Program-made: the position numbers and the translations under genes
The notes under the pieces: model-generated
What the model was told of the DNA's origin: nothing
The model's database searches: none
The model's input: only the letters and a program-made list of their open reading frames with translations
Assembly (NCBI GenBank): GCA_964632485.1
Contig: CAZWDO010000015.1
Location: 1-64,000, forward strand
DNA from: an uncultured bacterium
GTDB taxonomy: Bacteria; JAGOEH01
Direction: 5' to 3'
Length of the DNA: 64,000 nucleotides
Shown here: positions 19,775 through 29,144 of the stretch, in pieces
How positions within the stretch are numbered: the first letter of the stretch is position 1
Layout of the letters: every line of letters starts with the position of its first letter

Positions 19775-19945
19775 TCAGGAATTAGTGTGTTGTTTCATTT
19801 TTTCACGTAAGCGATCTTCCTGTTCTATGCGGTGCTTTTCCTGGTTTTCACGGTTGAATCGTTGTTGTCGTTTAATTTTAATCCTCAGATAAATGTACAT
19901 TAATCCCAGAATGGCTAAAAGAAGCAGGCTGGTAGTTGTACTCAT
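19775..19945 (-). CDS. Small single-TM protein with charged tail (56 aa)
   Basis: Below ORF-track cutoff. GAAGG RBS; MSTTTSLLLLAILGLMYIYLRIKIKRQQ...; stop 1 nt before the PHP start. Confidence 0.7.
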   Translation of the reverse strand: MSTTTSLLLLAILGLMYIYLRIKIKRQQRFNRENQEKHRIEQEDRLREKMKQHTNS

Positions 19946-20067
19946 GGTTACCTTCTTTCGATGGATTTAAATAACTTGGGAATGTGGCTGATTATACGAG
20001 CGCATCAAAATAATGCTCCCTGCGCTGTGTAAGGTTTTATTTTGAATACCAACGGAACTCCTTTTGA

Positions 20068-21045
20068 TTAATTTCTATGCATAATTGAATCATAAATCAT
20101 GGTAAGGCCACCCACCATATTAACGGCAATAACGCTGCCGTAACCGATAATCGCGTATAGGGCAATATCATCAATGGTAATTCCATAGGTTTTAAAAAAA
20201 AAGTACATACTGATTTCGCGGATACCGGAACCATTTAACGAAATAGGAAGCAGTTGGATGATATAAATAATTGGCGTATAGGCAAAGATGGCATAGAAAG
20301 GCAAATGACGGCCGAATGCCAGAAATACGATCCAGGTGTTTATAATCATGCAAAAATAAATGCCCAGAGTGATGAAAAAAGTGATCATGATGACACGGGG
20401 TGAGCGTCGGTATTCATTGATGGATGTCTGAAAATCAGCGATTTTGTGTAGTCCCTTTTGCCAAAGTTTAATGTTGAAAATCCCTGCCAGATATCGGGTT
20501 ACACTGGGTGAAAAAATCAAATAAAGCGCTATGAATAATAGTAAATATACTGCAATGACACTCATGCGCTGTATGGCTGGCAGGATCATAAATGTTGAAG
20601 GAAAAACAATGAAAAGGAGTAATCCCAGAATGAAAAAAATTAATAGACCTACTAACCTGGAAAATAAGGCGGAGCTATAGGAATCGGTTTTATTGGGTAG
20701 AGTGCGGGCCAGTCGCCACGCTCTTAAAAGATCTCCACTAATAGTAGAAGGAAGGAAAAGTTGGAAAAAAAGTCCAAATAAATGATACTTAAACAATTTC
20801 ATAAAGGATGGCAGTGTCGGTATTTTTACTTTCAAAAGAACTTGCCAGCGTAAAACCTGCTGTACTTGCATTAGTATTATCAGTAGAATCGCAATTAGAA
20901 AATAATACCATGAAATATTTTTTAATTTTTCAAGGATTGTAAAGAAATTGACCTTATAAAAAATGATAAAAAAAAACAGAATCGTTACTGTAATTTTTAA
21001 TACCGTAAGGATTCTGTTTTTCCAGATATCATTAATTTTAATCAT
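20068..21045 (-). CDS. Lysylphosphatidylglycerol synthase TM domain / flippase-like protein (UPF0104)
   Basis: RWQVLL, FLPSTISGDLLR, LPISLNGSGIRE. Confidence 0.88.
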   Translation of the reverse strand: MIKINDIWKNRILTVLKITVTILFFFIIFYKVNFFTILEKLKNISWYYFLIAILLIILMQVQQVLRWQVLLKVKIPTLPSFMKLFKYHLFGLFFQLFLPSTISGDLLRAWRLARTLPNKTDSYSSALFSRLVGLLIFFILGLLLFIVFPSTFMILPAIQRMSVIAVYLLLFIALYLIFSPSVTRYLAGIFNIKLWQKGLHKIADFQTSINEYRRSPRVIMITFFITLGIYFCMIINTWIVFLAFGRHLPFYAIFAYTPIIYIIQLLPISLNGSGIREISMYFFFKTYGITIDDIALYAIIGYGSVIAVNMVGGLTMIYDSIMHRN

Positions 21046-21692
21046 TGAGAATCAGATTCGGAAAAATAATATGCCTGATAAGTGAAAACGTTCATTTCAC
21101 CTTTTTTCCATTCATCCCCTGCCATCCCGGCTTTATTGCACAGATAGGTCAGAAAATCGGCTTTCTTGGGAAGCTGTTCCCATACCTGGGGAAGAAAGGT
21201 AGCCTGGTGATAACCTTTTTTAATGATTAAGCCATCAATATGAGGACGAATTTTATCCAGTAAATCGTTACTATCGGCATATTCCAGGGGTTGAGCGGGA
21301 GTAAGAATCGTAATTTCAATATCAAGTAGGGGAAGTTCGTTTTTTTTAACGGGAGAAAAGCGGTGATCAGAAAAAGCAGCATGGGTCGCGTTGTCAATAA
21401 CTGCTTGAAAGAGAGGTTCCTTCCCCTCGAGATAGCCAATACATCCCCTCAATTGACCTTCTTTATGCAGAGTTACAAAACAGCCGGTCAATGTTTTAAG
21501 ATTATCTGACATCGAATCGGAATTGGGCGCTGGAACGGATTTTTGTTCGAGTTTTGCCTCGATCGTATGCCGGGCCAATTGCAGTAAATATGATTTTTCT
21601 TCCGGTGATAATTGATTGGCCATAACTTCACTCCTGCTTTGTATGAATAGTATTAAAATGGCGATACTCAAACAACCGATCAGAAGTTTCAT
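21042..21692 (-). CDS. AMMECR1-domain protein (AmmeMemoRadiSam system protein A)
   Basis: GCFVTL, LRGCIG, AAFSDHRF, ATFLPQVWEQ, LCNKAG; alternative start at 21623. Confidence 0.92.
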   Translation of the reverse strand: MKLLIGCLSIAILILFIQSRSEVMANQLSPEEKSYLLQLARHTIEAKLEQKSVPAPNSDSMSDNLKTLTGCFVTLHKEGQLRGCIGYLEGKEPLFQAVIDNATHAAFSDHRFSPVKKNELPLLDIEITILTPAQPLEYADSNDLLDKIRPHIDGLIIKKGYHQATFLPQVWEQLPKKADFLTYLCNKAGMAGDEWKKGEMNVFTYQAYYFSESDSQ

Positions 21693-22072
21693 GATTTCGC
21701 GGCGATGACTTCAATTTCCAATTCGGCGCCGAGAGGCAATGCAGCAACCTGGAAAGCCGAACGAGCCGGAAATGGCTGGCTGAAATAGGTGGCATAGACT
21801 TCGTTAACAGCTTTGAAGTTATTAATATCTTTTAGAAAAACGGTGGCTTTTATAACATCGCTCATTTTAAAGCCGGCAGCTTCAATGATTGATTTCAGAT
21901 TATCGAAAACCCGACGAGCCTGGGCTTGTATATCGCCTTCAACCAATTTGCCGGTCGCCGGATCCAATGGAATCTGGCCGCTGGTAAAAAGCATGTTGTC
22001 GACCTTCATAGCCTGGGAATAGGGTCCGATGGCCTGCGGGGCATTTTCGGTGGCGATTGCTTGTCGTTCCAT
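21689..22072 (-). CDS. ridA: RidA/YjgF enamine deaminase
   Basis: APQAIGPYSQA, SGQIP, FPARSAFQVAALP, EIEVIA. Confidence 0.95.
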   Translation of the reverse strand: MERQAIATENAPQAIGPYSQAMKVDNMLFTSGQIPLDPATGKLVEGDIQAQARRVFDNLKSIIEAAGFKMSDVIKATVFLKDINNFKAVNEVYATYFSQPFPARSAFQVAALPLGAELEIEVIAAKS

Positions 22073-22096
22073 TGTGTATTCTCCTTTAAGATTAAA

Positions 22097-22705
22097 TTAA
22101 GAGGGTGTTGGTTTCTGCTCATCATGTTTGTAAACATGATAGATTCGTTGCAGTACTGTATAATTGGTTGTTATTGCCAAAAAATAGATAACATACGTGA
22201 TACCGGGAAAAGGCAAAAAACAACTGACAGCTAAAAGTACAACCCGTTCCGGACGTTGAATAAGCCCGATGGAACAGGGGATTCCGAGACCTTCGGCCCT
22301 GGCGCGGACATAACTGACCATGAGCGAACCGGAGATAGTGAAAAAAACAGCGATCAATCCGGCCATTTCCTGAATTCTGATAAAAAAGAATGAGATTCCA
22401 AGAAAAAGGAATAACTCGGAATAGCGGTCTAACGTTGAATCGAGCAGCCCGCCGAAACGTGTCACCCGGTTCTGGCCGCGGGCAATATGGCCGTCCAATA
22501 AATCAAAAAGTCCGCCAAGGAGGATTAATAGACCACCCCATTGAAGACTACCTAAACCCACTGGACCAGCGGCAATGAAATTCGCTAAAAAACCCAAAAA
22601 TGAGATAATATTCGGTGAAATATGCAGCCATATAAAAAGCTTGATTAAGGGTGTGAAGACAAAAATAATACCTTTTTTTGTGTATAAATGTATTTTATCC
22701 ATCAT
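22097..22705 (-). CDS. CDP-alcohol phosphatidyltransferase
   Basis: DLLDGHIAR...GGLLDSTLDR; SYVRARAEGLG. Confidence 0.93.
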   Translation of the reverse strand: MMDKIHLYTKKGIIFVFTPLIKLFIWLHISPNIISFLGFLANFIAAGPVGLGSLQWGGLLILLGGLFDLLDGHIARGQNRVTRFGGLLDSTLDRYSELFLFLGISFFFIRIQEMAGLIAVFFTISGSLMVSYVRARAEGLGIPCSIGLIQRPERVVLLAVSCFLPFPGITYVIYFLAITTNYTVLQRIYHVYKHDEQKPTPS

Positions 22706-22713
22706 GGGAGGGA

Positions 22714-23709
22714 TTAACCAGCCGCCTGAACCGCCGTAATAGTGGCGACGTTAACAATATCTTCGACGCTGCAACCGCGGGAAAGATCATTAACCGGTTT
22801 TTTAAGGCCCTGTAGGAATGGACCGACGGCCTGGGCTTTTGCTAAGCGTTCAACTAATTTATATCCAATATTTCCCGATTGAAGGTCTGGGAAAATTAAT
22901 ACATTGGCATGGCCGGCAATAGGGCTGCCCGGCGCCTTTTTTTGGCCAATCTTTTCAATAATGGCGGCATCCAACTGAAATTCACCATCCAGCTTTAAAT
23001 GCGGCGCTTTGGCTTGAGCGATTTTTACCGCTTGTTGTACCTTGTCAACCAGTTCATGACCAGCGCTGCCCTTGGTCGAAAATGACAGCATCGCCACACG
23101 CGGCTCAATATCACCCAAAACCCGGGCAGTTTCAGCAGAACTGATCGCGATTTCTGCCAACTGTTCCGCATTGGGATCAGGATTAACCGCGCAATCAGCA
23201 AATATAAACATCCCATTTTCACCCAGATCGCAATTTGGGACTAACATGATAAATGCGCTGGAAACGATCGAAATCCCTGGTTGCGTCTTGATAATCTGCA
23301 AGGCTGGACGAATAGTGTCAGCGGTTGAATGCTCCGCGCCCGATACTAAACCATCGGCATCGCCATTATGCACCATCATCGTACCAAAATAGACACTGTC
23401 TTCTACAGTCTGCCTGGCTTGTTCCAGCGTGATGCCTTTACTCTTGCGTAAATCATAAAACAATTGAGCATACTGTTCGGTTAATGGATCGCGCCGAGGA
23501 TCGATGATACGAATATCATCAATGTTCACGGCTTGCTCTTGAGCAACATTTTTAATTGCAGCCGTATCTCCGATTAAAATTACTGTACACAGTTTTTCCC
23601 GATCTAAAATCGAAGCCGCTTGAACTGTACGGGGTTCCGTTCCTTCAGGTAATACGATGCGTTTTTTTTGCAAACAAGCTTTTTGCCGAAACTTCTCAAT
23701 CAAATCCAT
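22714..23709 (-). CDS. pta: Phosphate acetyltransferase
   Basis: IVLPEG, FADCAVN, DGEFQLDAA, GNIGYK, PVNDLSRG. Confidence 0.97.
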   Translation of the reverse strand: MDLIEKFRQKACLQKKRIVLPEGTEPRTVQAASILDREKLCTVILIGDTAAIKNVAQEQAVNIDDIRIIDPRRDPLTEQYAQLFYDLRKSKGITLEQARQTVEDSVYFGTMMVHNGDADGLVSGAEHSTADTIRPALQIIKTQPGISIVSSAFIMLVPNCDLGENGMFIFADCAVNPDPNAEQLAEIAISSAETARVLGDIEPRVAMLSFSTKGSAGHELVDKVQQAVKIAQAKAPHLKLDGEFQLDAAIIEKIGQKKAPGSPIAGHANVLIFPDLQSGNIGYKLVERLAKAQAVGPFLQGLKKPVNDLSRGCSVEDIVNVATITAVQAAG

Positions 23710-24390
23710 ATTTATTTTCTCCTTTGTTTTTAAAATAGCATCCTAATATATAAAAAATATTCAAATAAATCAATAGCATAATTCCAAAAATACTATAAAA
23801 TTTGCATAATCTATGAGTAGAAAATTTGAATGCGCCAAAAATTCATTGCGATCGCTGCCATTTAGGTTAATCTGCCCTCGCCTGTTGATATAAATTGTCA
23901 TTCGGCTAGGGTCTGTTTAGTATTTTGGCAAAAAAAAACTTTATGATGGCCACTCCCGTTCACGCTGTGAAAAAGAATCATAATGGTTGTCTATCCTCCT
24001 TTTGTTATAAATAAAATCATATCAAAGTCCACTATTTACATTAATAAAACATACTGTTTTTGTCAATATTATTATTCTTTTTATTGACTTTTAAGGAAAA
24101 AATGATTAGTATGCGTTCAAGCCGTTTATATGCTATTTCCTGGAAAATATTGAGATTCCGGTTTCAGTGGTTTTGTTTATCTTATCAATAATTAGGGGGA
24201 ATAGTTTCTAACCCTTTGGCAGGTGAACTGATTCGAAATTTTGGGTTCTGAGTTTTTTTTTGCGTACAATCAGGGATATGAATGAGTGAAATCTGATAGT
24301 TGCGTATTTAAGAATACGGGAGTGGCTGGACTGGTCCGGCTGTGAGCGGTAAGAGGAATGGAAAGTATGTCTGATAGATGAAAGGAAAAA

Positions 24391-25389
24391 GTGATGGCCA
24401 ATAAAGAATTTTTTGGCGCTTTGACATTAGGGCCGGCTTTATACCCGCATTTAAGAACGGTACTTGAAATGAATCCCCGTTTTTTTCGCTATAATTTTGC
24501 CCATGGTTTGTTTGAAACTAATGTTAAAATCATACAGGATTTGAAGAACAAATTCCCGGACATCTGTATTTATGCTGATCTTAAAGGATTGGATCAAAGA
24601 TTTGAGCTTTTTCCCGAAGATATTGAAGGCTGGCATTTGCAGACCGACCAACAGTTGGTGATTCATCTTGATCGTGATTTCGCCCGTTCTAAAGGCGGGA
24701 TATATTTGTGGTTGCCCGAACAGATTCAACTGGGGCAAAAGATTTGGTGTGATGATGCTAAGGTCGAAATGATCATCCATGCTTTTGATCATCAACGGAT
24801 TGTCGTGAAAATTCTTGTGGGAGGGTATTTGAAGCAACATGCTGCCGCTGTGATCGAACATTTCAGCCTGAGCCTTCCTCCTGTTGATTCACTGAGTTTG
24901 GAGATCATTCGGCGGTTGGAACCGCTTATCGATGGGATATTAGCTTCCCATATCAGGGACTCCCGGGATATGGCAACTATTCAAGGCGTTTTTTCTAAAC
25001 CGGTCATCGCGAAAATTGAAAACAAAGCAGCCTTGGAACACTTAGAGGAAATCGCTGATTCCGCGCATTCTATCCTCATCGCCCGCGGTGATTTGAGTAT
25101 GGCGTATCAGCCCGTCCTATTACCTCAATTGGAAAAAAATATATGTTCTCGCCTGGAAAAATTTTCAGGCGATATTATTCTGGCTACGGGATTCTGGGAA
25201 ACATTAACCCATGAAAAGACGCCCCATTTTTCCGATTTAACCGATCTATACTATGCTCTGAGCTTAGGCATCAACGGTTTTTTGTTGACTGGTGAAACCG
25301 CTGTTGGAGATCATCCCGATCTTGCGTTTTTGCAATTGAAAACTAATTTAGAAGCAATCTATTCCCAAATAAAGAGATCCAACTTTTAA
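24391..25389 (+). CDS. Divergent pyruvate kinase-family protein (A/B domains only)
   Basis: TLGPA, RYNFAHG, AKIE, ARGDL, LTGETAVG; ends without the C-terminal domain. Confidence 0.8.
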   Translation: MMANKEFFGALTLGPALYPHLRTVLEMNPRFFRYNFAHGLFETNVKIIQDLKNKFPDICIYADLKGLDQRFELFPEDIEGWHLQTDQQLVIHLDRDFARSKGGIYLWLPEQIQLGQKIWCDDAKVEMIIHAFDHQRIVVKILVGGYLKQHAAAVIEHFSLSLPPVDSLSLEIIRRLEPLIDGILASHIRDSRDMATIQGVFSKPVIAKIENKAALEHLEEIADSAHSILIARGDLSMAYQPVLLPQLEKNICSRLEKFSGDIILATGFWETLTHEKTPHFSDLTDLYYALSLGINGFLLTGETAVGDHPDLAFLQLKTNLEAIYSQIKRSNF

Positions 25390-25404
25390 CAAAGGATTGT
25401 TGGT

Positions 25405-28236
25405 ATGAAATTGAAGAAGTTTTTGTTGTTCCCGGTTAACCCGGCGCTGATCAGTTTGATTCTTTTATTTTCTATTCCTCAACTTTTTGCTCAATCGGCT
25501 CCGATCCCGCTTCCCAGGGAAATCATCCATCGGAAATTGGATAACGGTTTGCAATACTTTATATTACAAAATAAAAAACCGGAAGAGCGCGCAGAATTGA
25601 GGCTTTTGGTCAATGCCGGTTCCATTTTGGAAAAGGATGATCAACAGGGATTGGCCCATTTTTGTGAACACATGGCCTTTAACGGCACCCGCCATTTTGC
25701 CCGTCAGGAACTGATTGCTTATCTGGAATCAATTGGTATGCGTTTTGGTCCCGATTTAAATGCTTATACTGGTTTTGATGAGACTGTATATATGCTGCAA
25801 ATTCCTACGGATTCTCTTGAAATTCTGGAAAAAGCGTTTCTGATTTTAAGCGATTGGGCGCATGGCCTTATTTTTGACAGTCTGGAAATTGAAAAAGAAC
25901 GGGGAGTGATTATCGAAGAATGGCGGTTAGGTCAGAATGCCCAACGGCGATTACTTAATAAACAACTTCCAATATTACTATATAATTCGCTTTACGCGAA
26001 ACGATTACCTATAGGAACCCGCCAAAATATTGAAGAGTTTACACCCGATCGATTAGTAGATTTTTATCGTACCTGGTACCGACCTGATTTAATGGCAGTC
26101 GTCGCTGTCGGCGATTTTGATACCACTTTGATTGAATCAATGATACAGAAATATTTCAGTCCGATACCAGCGGTAATAAAGGGCGAACCACGTCATACGC
26201 CTCCGGTTCCCGATTATGATAAACCGTACTATACAATCGTTACAGATCCGGAATTAACGTATAATTCAGTGACCCTCTATTATCAGCAGGAGAGTTCATT
26301 TTTGAACACCGAAGCGGATTATCGGCAAATGATTGTCGAGCAATTATATAATGAAATGTTTAACCATCGTCTGCGGGAATTGACTCAAACAGCGCAACCT
26401 CCTTTTATTCAGGCATTTTCGACCCGGACTTCCATGGTCAGGGCCCGGGACTTTTATCTTCTGGGGGCAATTGTGCAGGATACTCTGCTGGAAACAGGAT
26501 TACGCGCCTTAATTCGTGAGGGTGAACGAGTCAGGCAGCACGGTTTTACTGCCACTGAACTTGAACGGGCCAGGAAAAACCGGCTTCGTCGTATGGAGCA
26601 ACTGTTAATGGAAAAAGATAAAACCGAATCGAGTCGCTTAGTCAGTGAATTATCTCGTTTTTTTCTACTTAAAGAAGCCATGCCCGGAATCGACAAGGAA
26701 TTCGCTTACGTGGAAAAATATTTGCCTGGTATTACTCTGGAGGAGTTAAACCAACTCAGCCATAAGTTCATCAGCGGAAAAAACTTTGTGATAACGGTCA
26801 GTATGGTTGAAAAGGAAGGCGTAACGCCTCCGACGGAAAAGCAATTGGAAGCCATCAGCAACGATGAGAAGAAAAAGATTGTATTACCGTATGTAGATTC
26901 AGGAAGCGGTCTTTCATTGTTGGAAACAGCTCCTTTACAGGGCCGAATCGTTGAGAATCGGAGAATTGATACTCTGGGAATAACAATCTGGACTTTAGCA
27001 AACGGTATACGGGTAATGATTAAACCGACAGATTTTAAAAACGATCAAATCGTCATGACCGCCTACAGCCCTGGCGGACTATCCTTAATTCCCGATTCTC
27101 TCTATCGTTCCGGAGTTGCGGCCGCGTATCTGGTCAATCAAAGTGGATTAGGAAATTTGAATTTGATTGCATTGAACAAATATCTTGCGGGGAAGGTGGT
27201 TCGGGTCTCTCCTTCCATCGACGATTTGCATGAAGGATTTACAGGGAACTGTTCGCCCCAGGAATTGCCCGATCTAATGCAGATGATCTATCTATATTTT
27301 ATGGCGCCTCGTTCCGATTCCACCGCTTTCCTCTCTTTTCAGGAGCGCTATCGGGCGTTTTTAATGAACCGCGCAGCGGATCCCATGGAACAGTATAGCG
27401 ATACGATCACGATACTAATGAGTCAAAATCAATTTCGCAGTCGCCCCTGGGATGTTACCGCCCTTGGTGATATCGATATTGATAAGGCCTTTTCTATTTA
27501 CCGGCAACGATTTGCCGATGCCGGGGATTTTGTGTTCACTTTTGCCGGCAATGTCGATTTGGAAACCTTTAAACCCTTAGTAGAGACTTTTCTCGGCGGA
27601 TTGCCAACTATCAAACGGAATGATAACTGGATAGATCATCATATATTACCGCCACCGGGCATTGTCAAAAAAAAAGTAATTGCCGGCATTGAACCTCAAA
27701 GCCGAATATATCTTGCTTTTCATGGTGAATACCCGTGGTCGGGTGAAGAAAACTACCATTTAAATTCATTAGCTCAAATTATGCGTATTCGTCTGCGTGA
27801 AATCATCCGTGAGGAGAAAAGCGGGACATACGGTGTCAGAGTGAACTGTGATTATAATCAATTTCCTCAGCCTTATTATACGTTAAGCATCTCCTTAGGA
27901 TGTCAACCGGAACGCGTTGAGGAACTTCTTCAAACAATCCTGGGTGAAATCGATACATTGAGAAATCAAGCGATTGATATTGAATATGTGAAGAAAGTGC
28001 AGGAAATGAATACTCGCGAACGGCAAACCAACCTAAAGGAAAATAGCTATTGGGTGAATCTGATTAGCGGTTATAGTTGGAATCAGCGGGATTTAATGGA
28101 AATTTTGGAATATAACCAGTGGATAGCTAATCTAACGCCTGAAATAATCCGGAAGACAGCCCATACCTATCTAAATCCGTCTCAATATGCTCAGGTTCTG
28201 TTGTATCCTCGTGAGAAGGATGAGAAGAAAGACTGA
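25405..28236 (+). CDS. Secreted M16 zinc peptidase (PqqL-like)
   Basis: Signal peptide; GLAHFCEHMAFNG (HxxEH), LNAYT, ERGVIIEE; 943 aa. Confidence 0.93.
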   Translation: MKLKKFLLFPVNPALISLILLFSIPQLFAQSAPIPLPREIIHRKLDNGLQYFILQNKKPEERAELRLLVNAGSILEKDDQQGLAHFCEHMAFNGTRHFARQELIAYLESIGMRFGPDLNAYTGFDETVYMLQIPTDSLEILEKAFLILSDWAHGLIFDSLEIEKERGVIIEEWRLGQNAQRRLLNKQLPILLYNSLYAKRLPIGTRQNIEEFTPDRLVDFYRTWYRPDLMAVVAVGDFDTTLIESMIQKYFSPIPAVIKGEPRHTPPVPDYDKPYYTIVTDPELTYNSVTLYYQQESSFLNTEADYRQMIVEQLYNEMFNHRLRELTQTAQPPFIQAFSTRTSMVRARDFYLLGAIVQDTLLETGLRALIREGERVRQHGFTATELERARKNRLRRMEQLLMEKDKTESSRLVSELSRFFLLKEAMPGIDKEFAYVEKYLPGITLEELNQLSHKFISGKNFVITVSMVEKEGVTPPTEKQLEAISNDEKKKIVLPYVDSGSGLSLLETAPLQGRIVENRRIDTLGITIWTLANGIRVMIKPTDFKNDQIVMTAYSPGGLSLIPDSLYRSGVAAAYLVNQSGLGNLNLIALNKYLAGKVVRVSPSIDDLHEGFTGNCSPQELPDLMQMIYLYFMAPRSDSTAFLSFQERYRAFLMNRAADPMEQYSDTITILMSQNQFRSRPWDVTALGDIDIDKAFSIYRQRFADAGDFVFTFAGNVDLETFKPLVETFLGGLPTIKRNDNWIDHHILPPPGIVKKKVIAGIEPQSRIYLAFHGEYPWSGEENYHLNSLAQIMRIRLREIIREEKSGTYGVRVNCDYNQFPQPYYTLSISLGCQPERVEELLQTILGEIDTLRNQAIDIEYVKKVQEMNTRERQTNLKENSYWVNLISGYSWNQRDLMEILEYNQWIANLTPEIIRKTAHTYLNPSQYAQVLLYPREKDEKKD

Positions 28237-29008
28237 AATAATGGGCGGCAGGATTAAAAAGTATCAAGGCGCTTGTTGAGAATTCCGGGGTCAGTTGCCA
28301 TGCTTCATTTAAAGTGACTTGAATCGATGATTCCGGGGCCAGTAGGAGAAATATTTTTTGTTGGTCCCTTAATTCAGGGCAAGCGGGATAGCCAAAACTA
28401 TACCGTTTGCCCGAATATTTTCCCTGCCAAATTTGAGTCGGGTTCAACGATGTTGAATCATTGAAATAACAGCCTCGTATATGCCAATGGCAATATTCGG
28501 CCAATGCTTCGGTTAAGGCTGCCATTAAACCGTGCCATAAGTAATAATCGACAAATTCTTCCCGTTGAAGATAACTGCGGACACTCTCGACTGCTGGATA
28601 ACTAAGAGTTACCAGTTGGAATGCAATTATATCAGGTTTTTCTCGGCTATCGCTTTGTATGAATGAAGAGATACTCAAATAGGGAGGAAAGGTTTGACTG
28701 GGGAATAAAAACTCTAAAGCGGAAGGAGTTTGGTATGAACTCTCAATTATCATTTTATTTTCCAGGCGCCAGGCATGATAAAATCCATAAACCGCGCGGG
28801 GTTCAATCAAATTCTTCGTTTCAATTCGATGGAGCATCGTTTCCAGCCTTAATTGAGCCTGAGTCGATTGATATTGGCGCTCCATCAACGGTTGTCGGTG
28901 GCTGACCAATTGCCAGTGTCGATAAAACAGGGTCTTTTGGTTCAGCAGTGGATAGATATCTGCTAAAGAAAGCTTTTCGAGTGAGGAAACAATTCCGGGT
29001 TTAATCAT
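28127..29008 (-). CDS. Stand-alone B12-dependent methionine synthase activation (AdoMet-binding) domain
   Basis: EALAEY, GKRYSFGYPACPEL, PEFSTSA. Confidence 0.85.
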   Translation of the reverse strand: MIKPGIVSSLEKLSLADIYPLLNQKTLFYRHWQLVSHRQPLMERQYQSTQAQLRLETMLHRIETKNLIEPRAVYGFYHAWRLENKMIIESSYQTPSALEFLFPSQTFPPYLSISSFIQSDSREKPDIIAFQLVTLSYPAVESVRSYLQREEFVDYYLWHGLMAALTEALAEYCHWHIRGCYFNDSTSLNPTQIWQGKYSGKRYSFGYPACPELRDQQKIFLLLAPESSIQVTLNEAWQLTPEFSTSALILFNPAAHYFSLSSHPSHEDTTEPEHIETDLDRYGLSSGLFQALD

Positions 29009-29144
29009 GTCAATGATAATTGAAAACTTTGGAATCGGCGAATTGCCAGGTAATAAAAGGATAGAGTCTTCATATTTAGGGCCTTATTCGATAGCGGATA
29101 AACATATATTTTCGCTATGTGTTAGCGATGGCTATCCGCTTCTG

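Noticed and set aside
23710-24390. 680-nt intergenic region with an AGGAGG and a 21-codon minus-strand ORF; checked for an ackA remnant or riboswitch
   Set aside because: No acetate kinase motif or recognisable RNA structure
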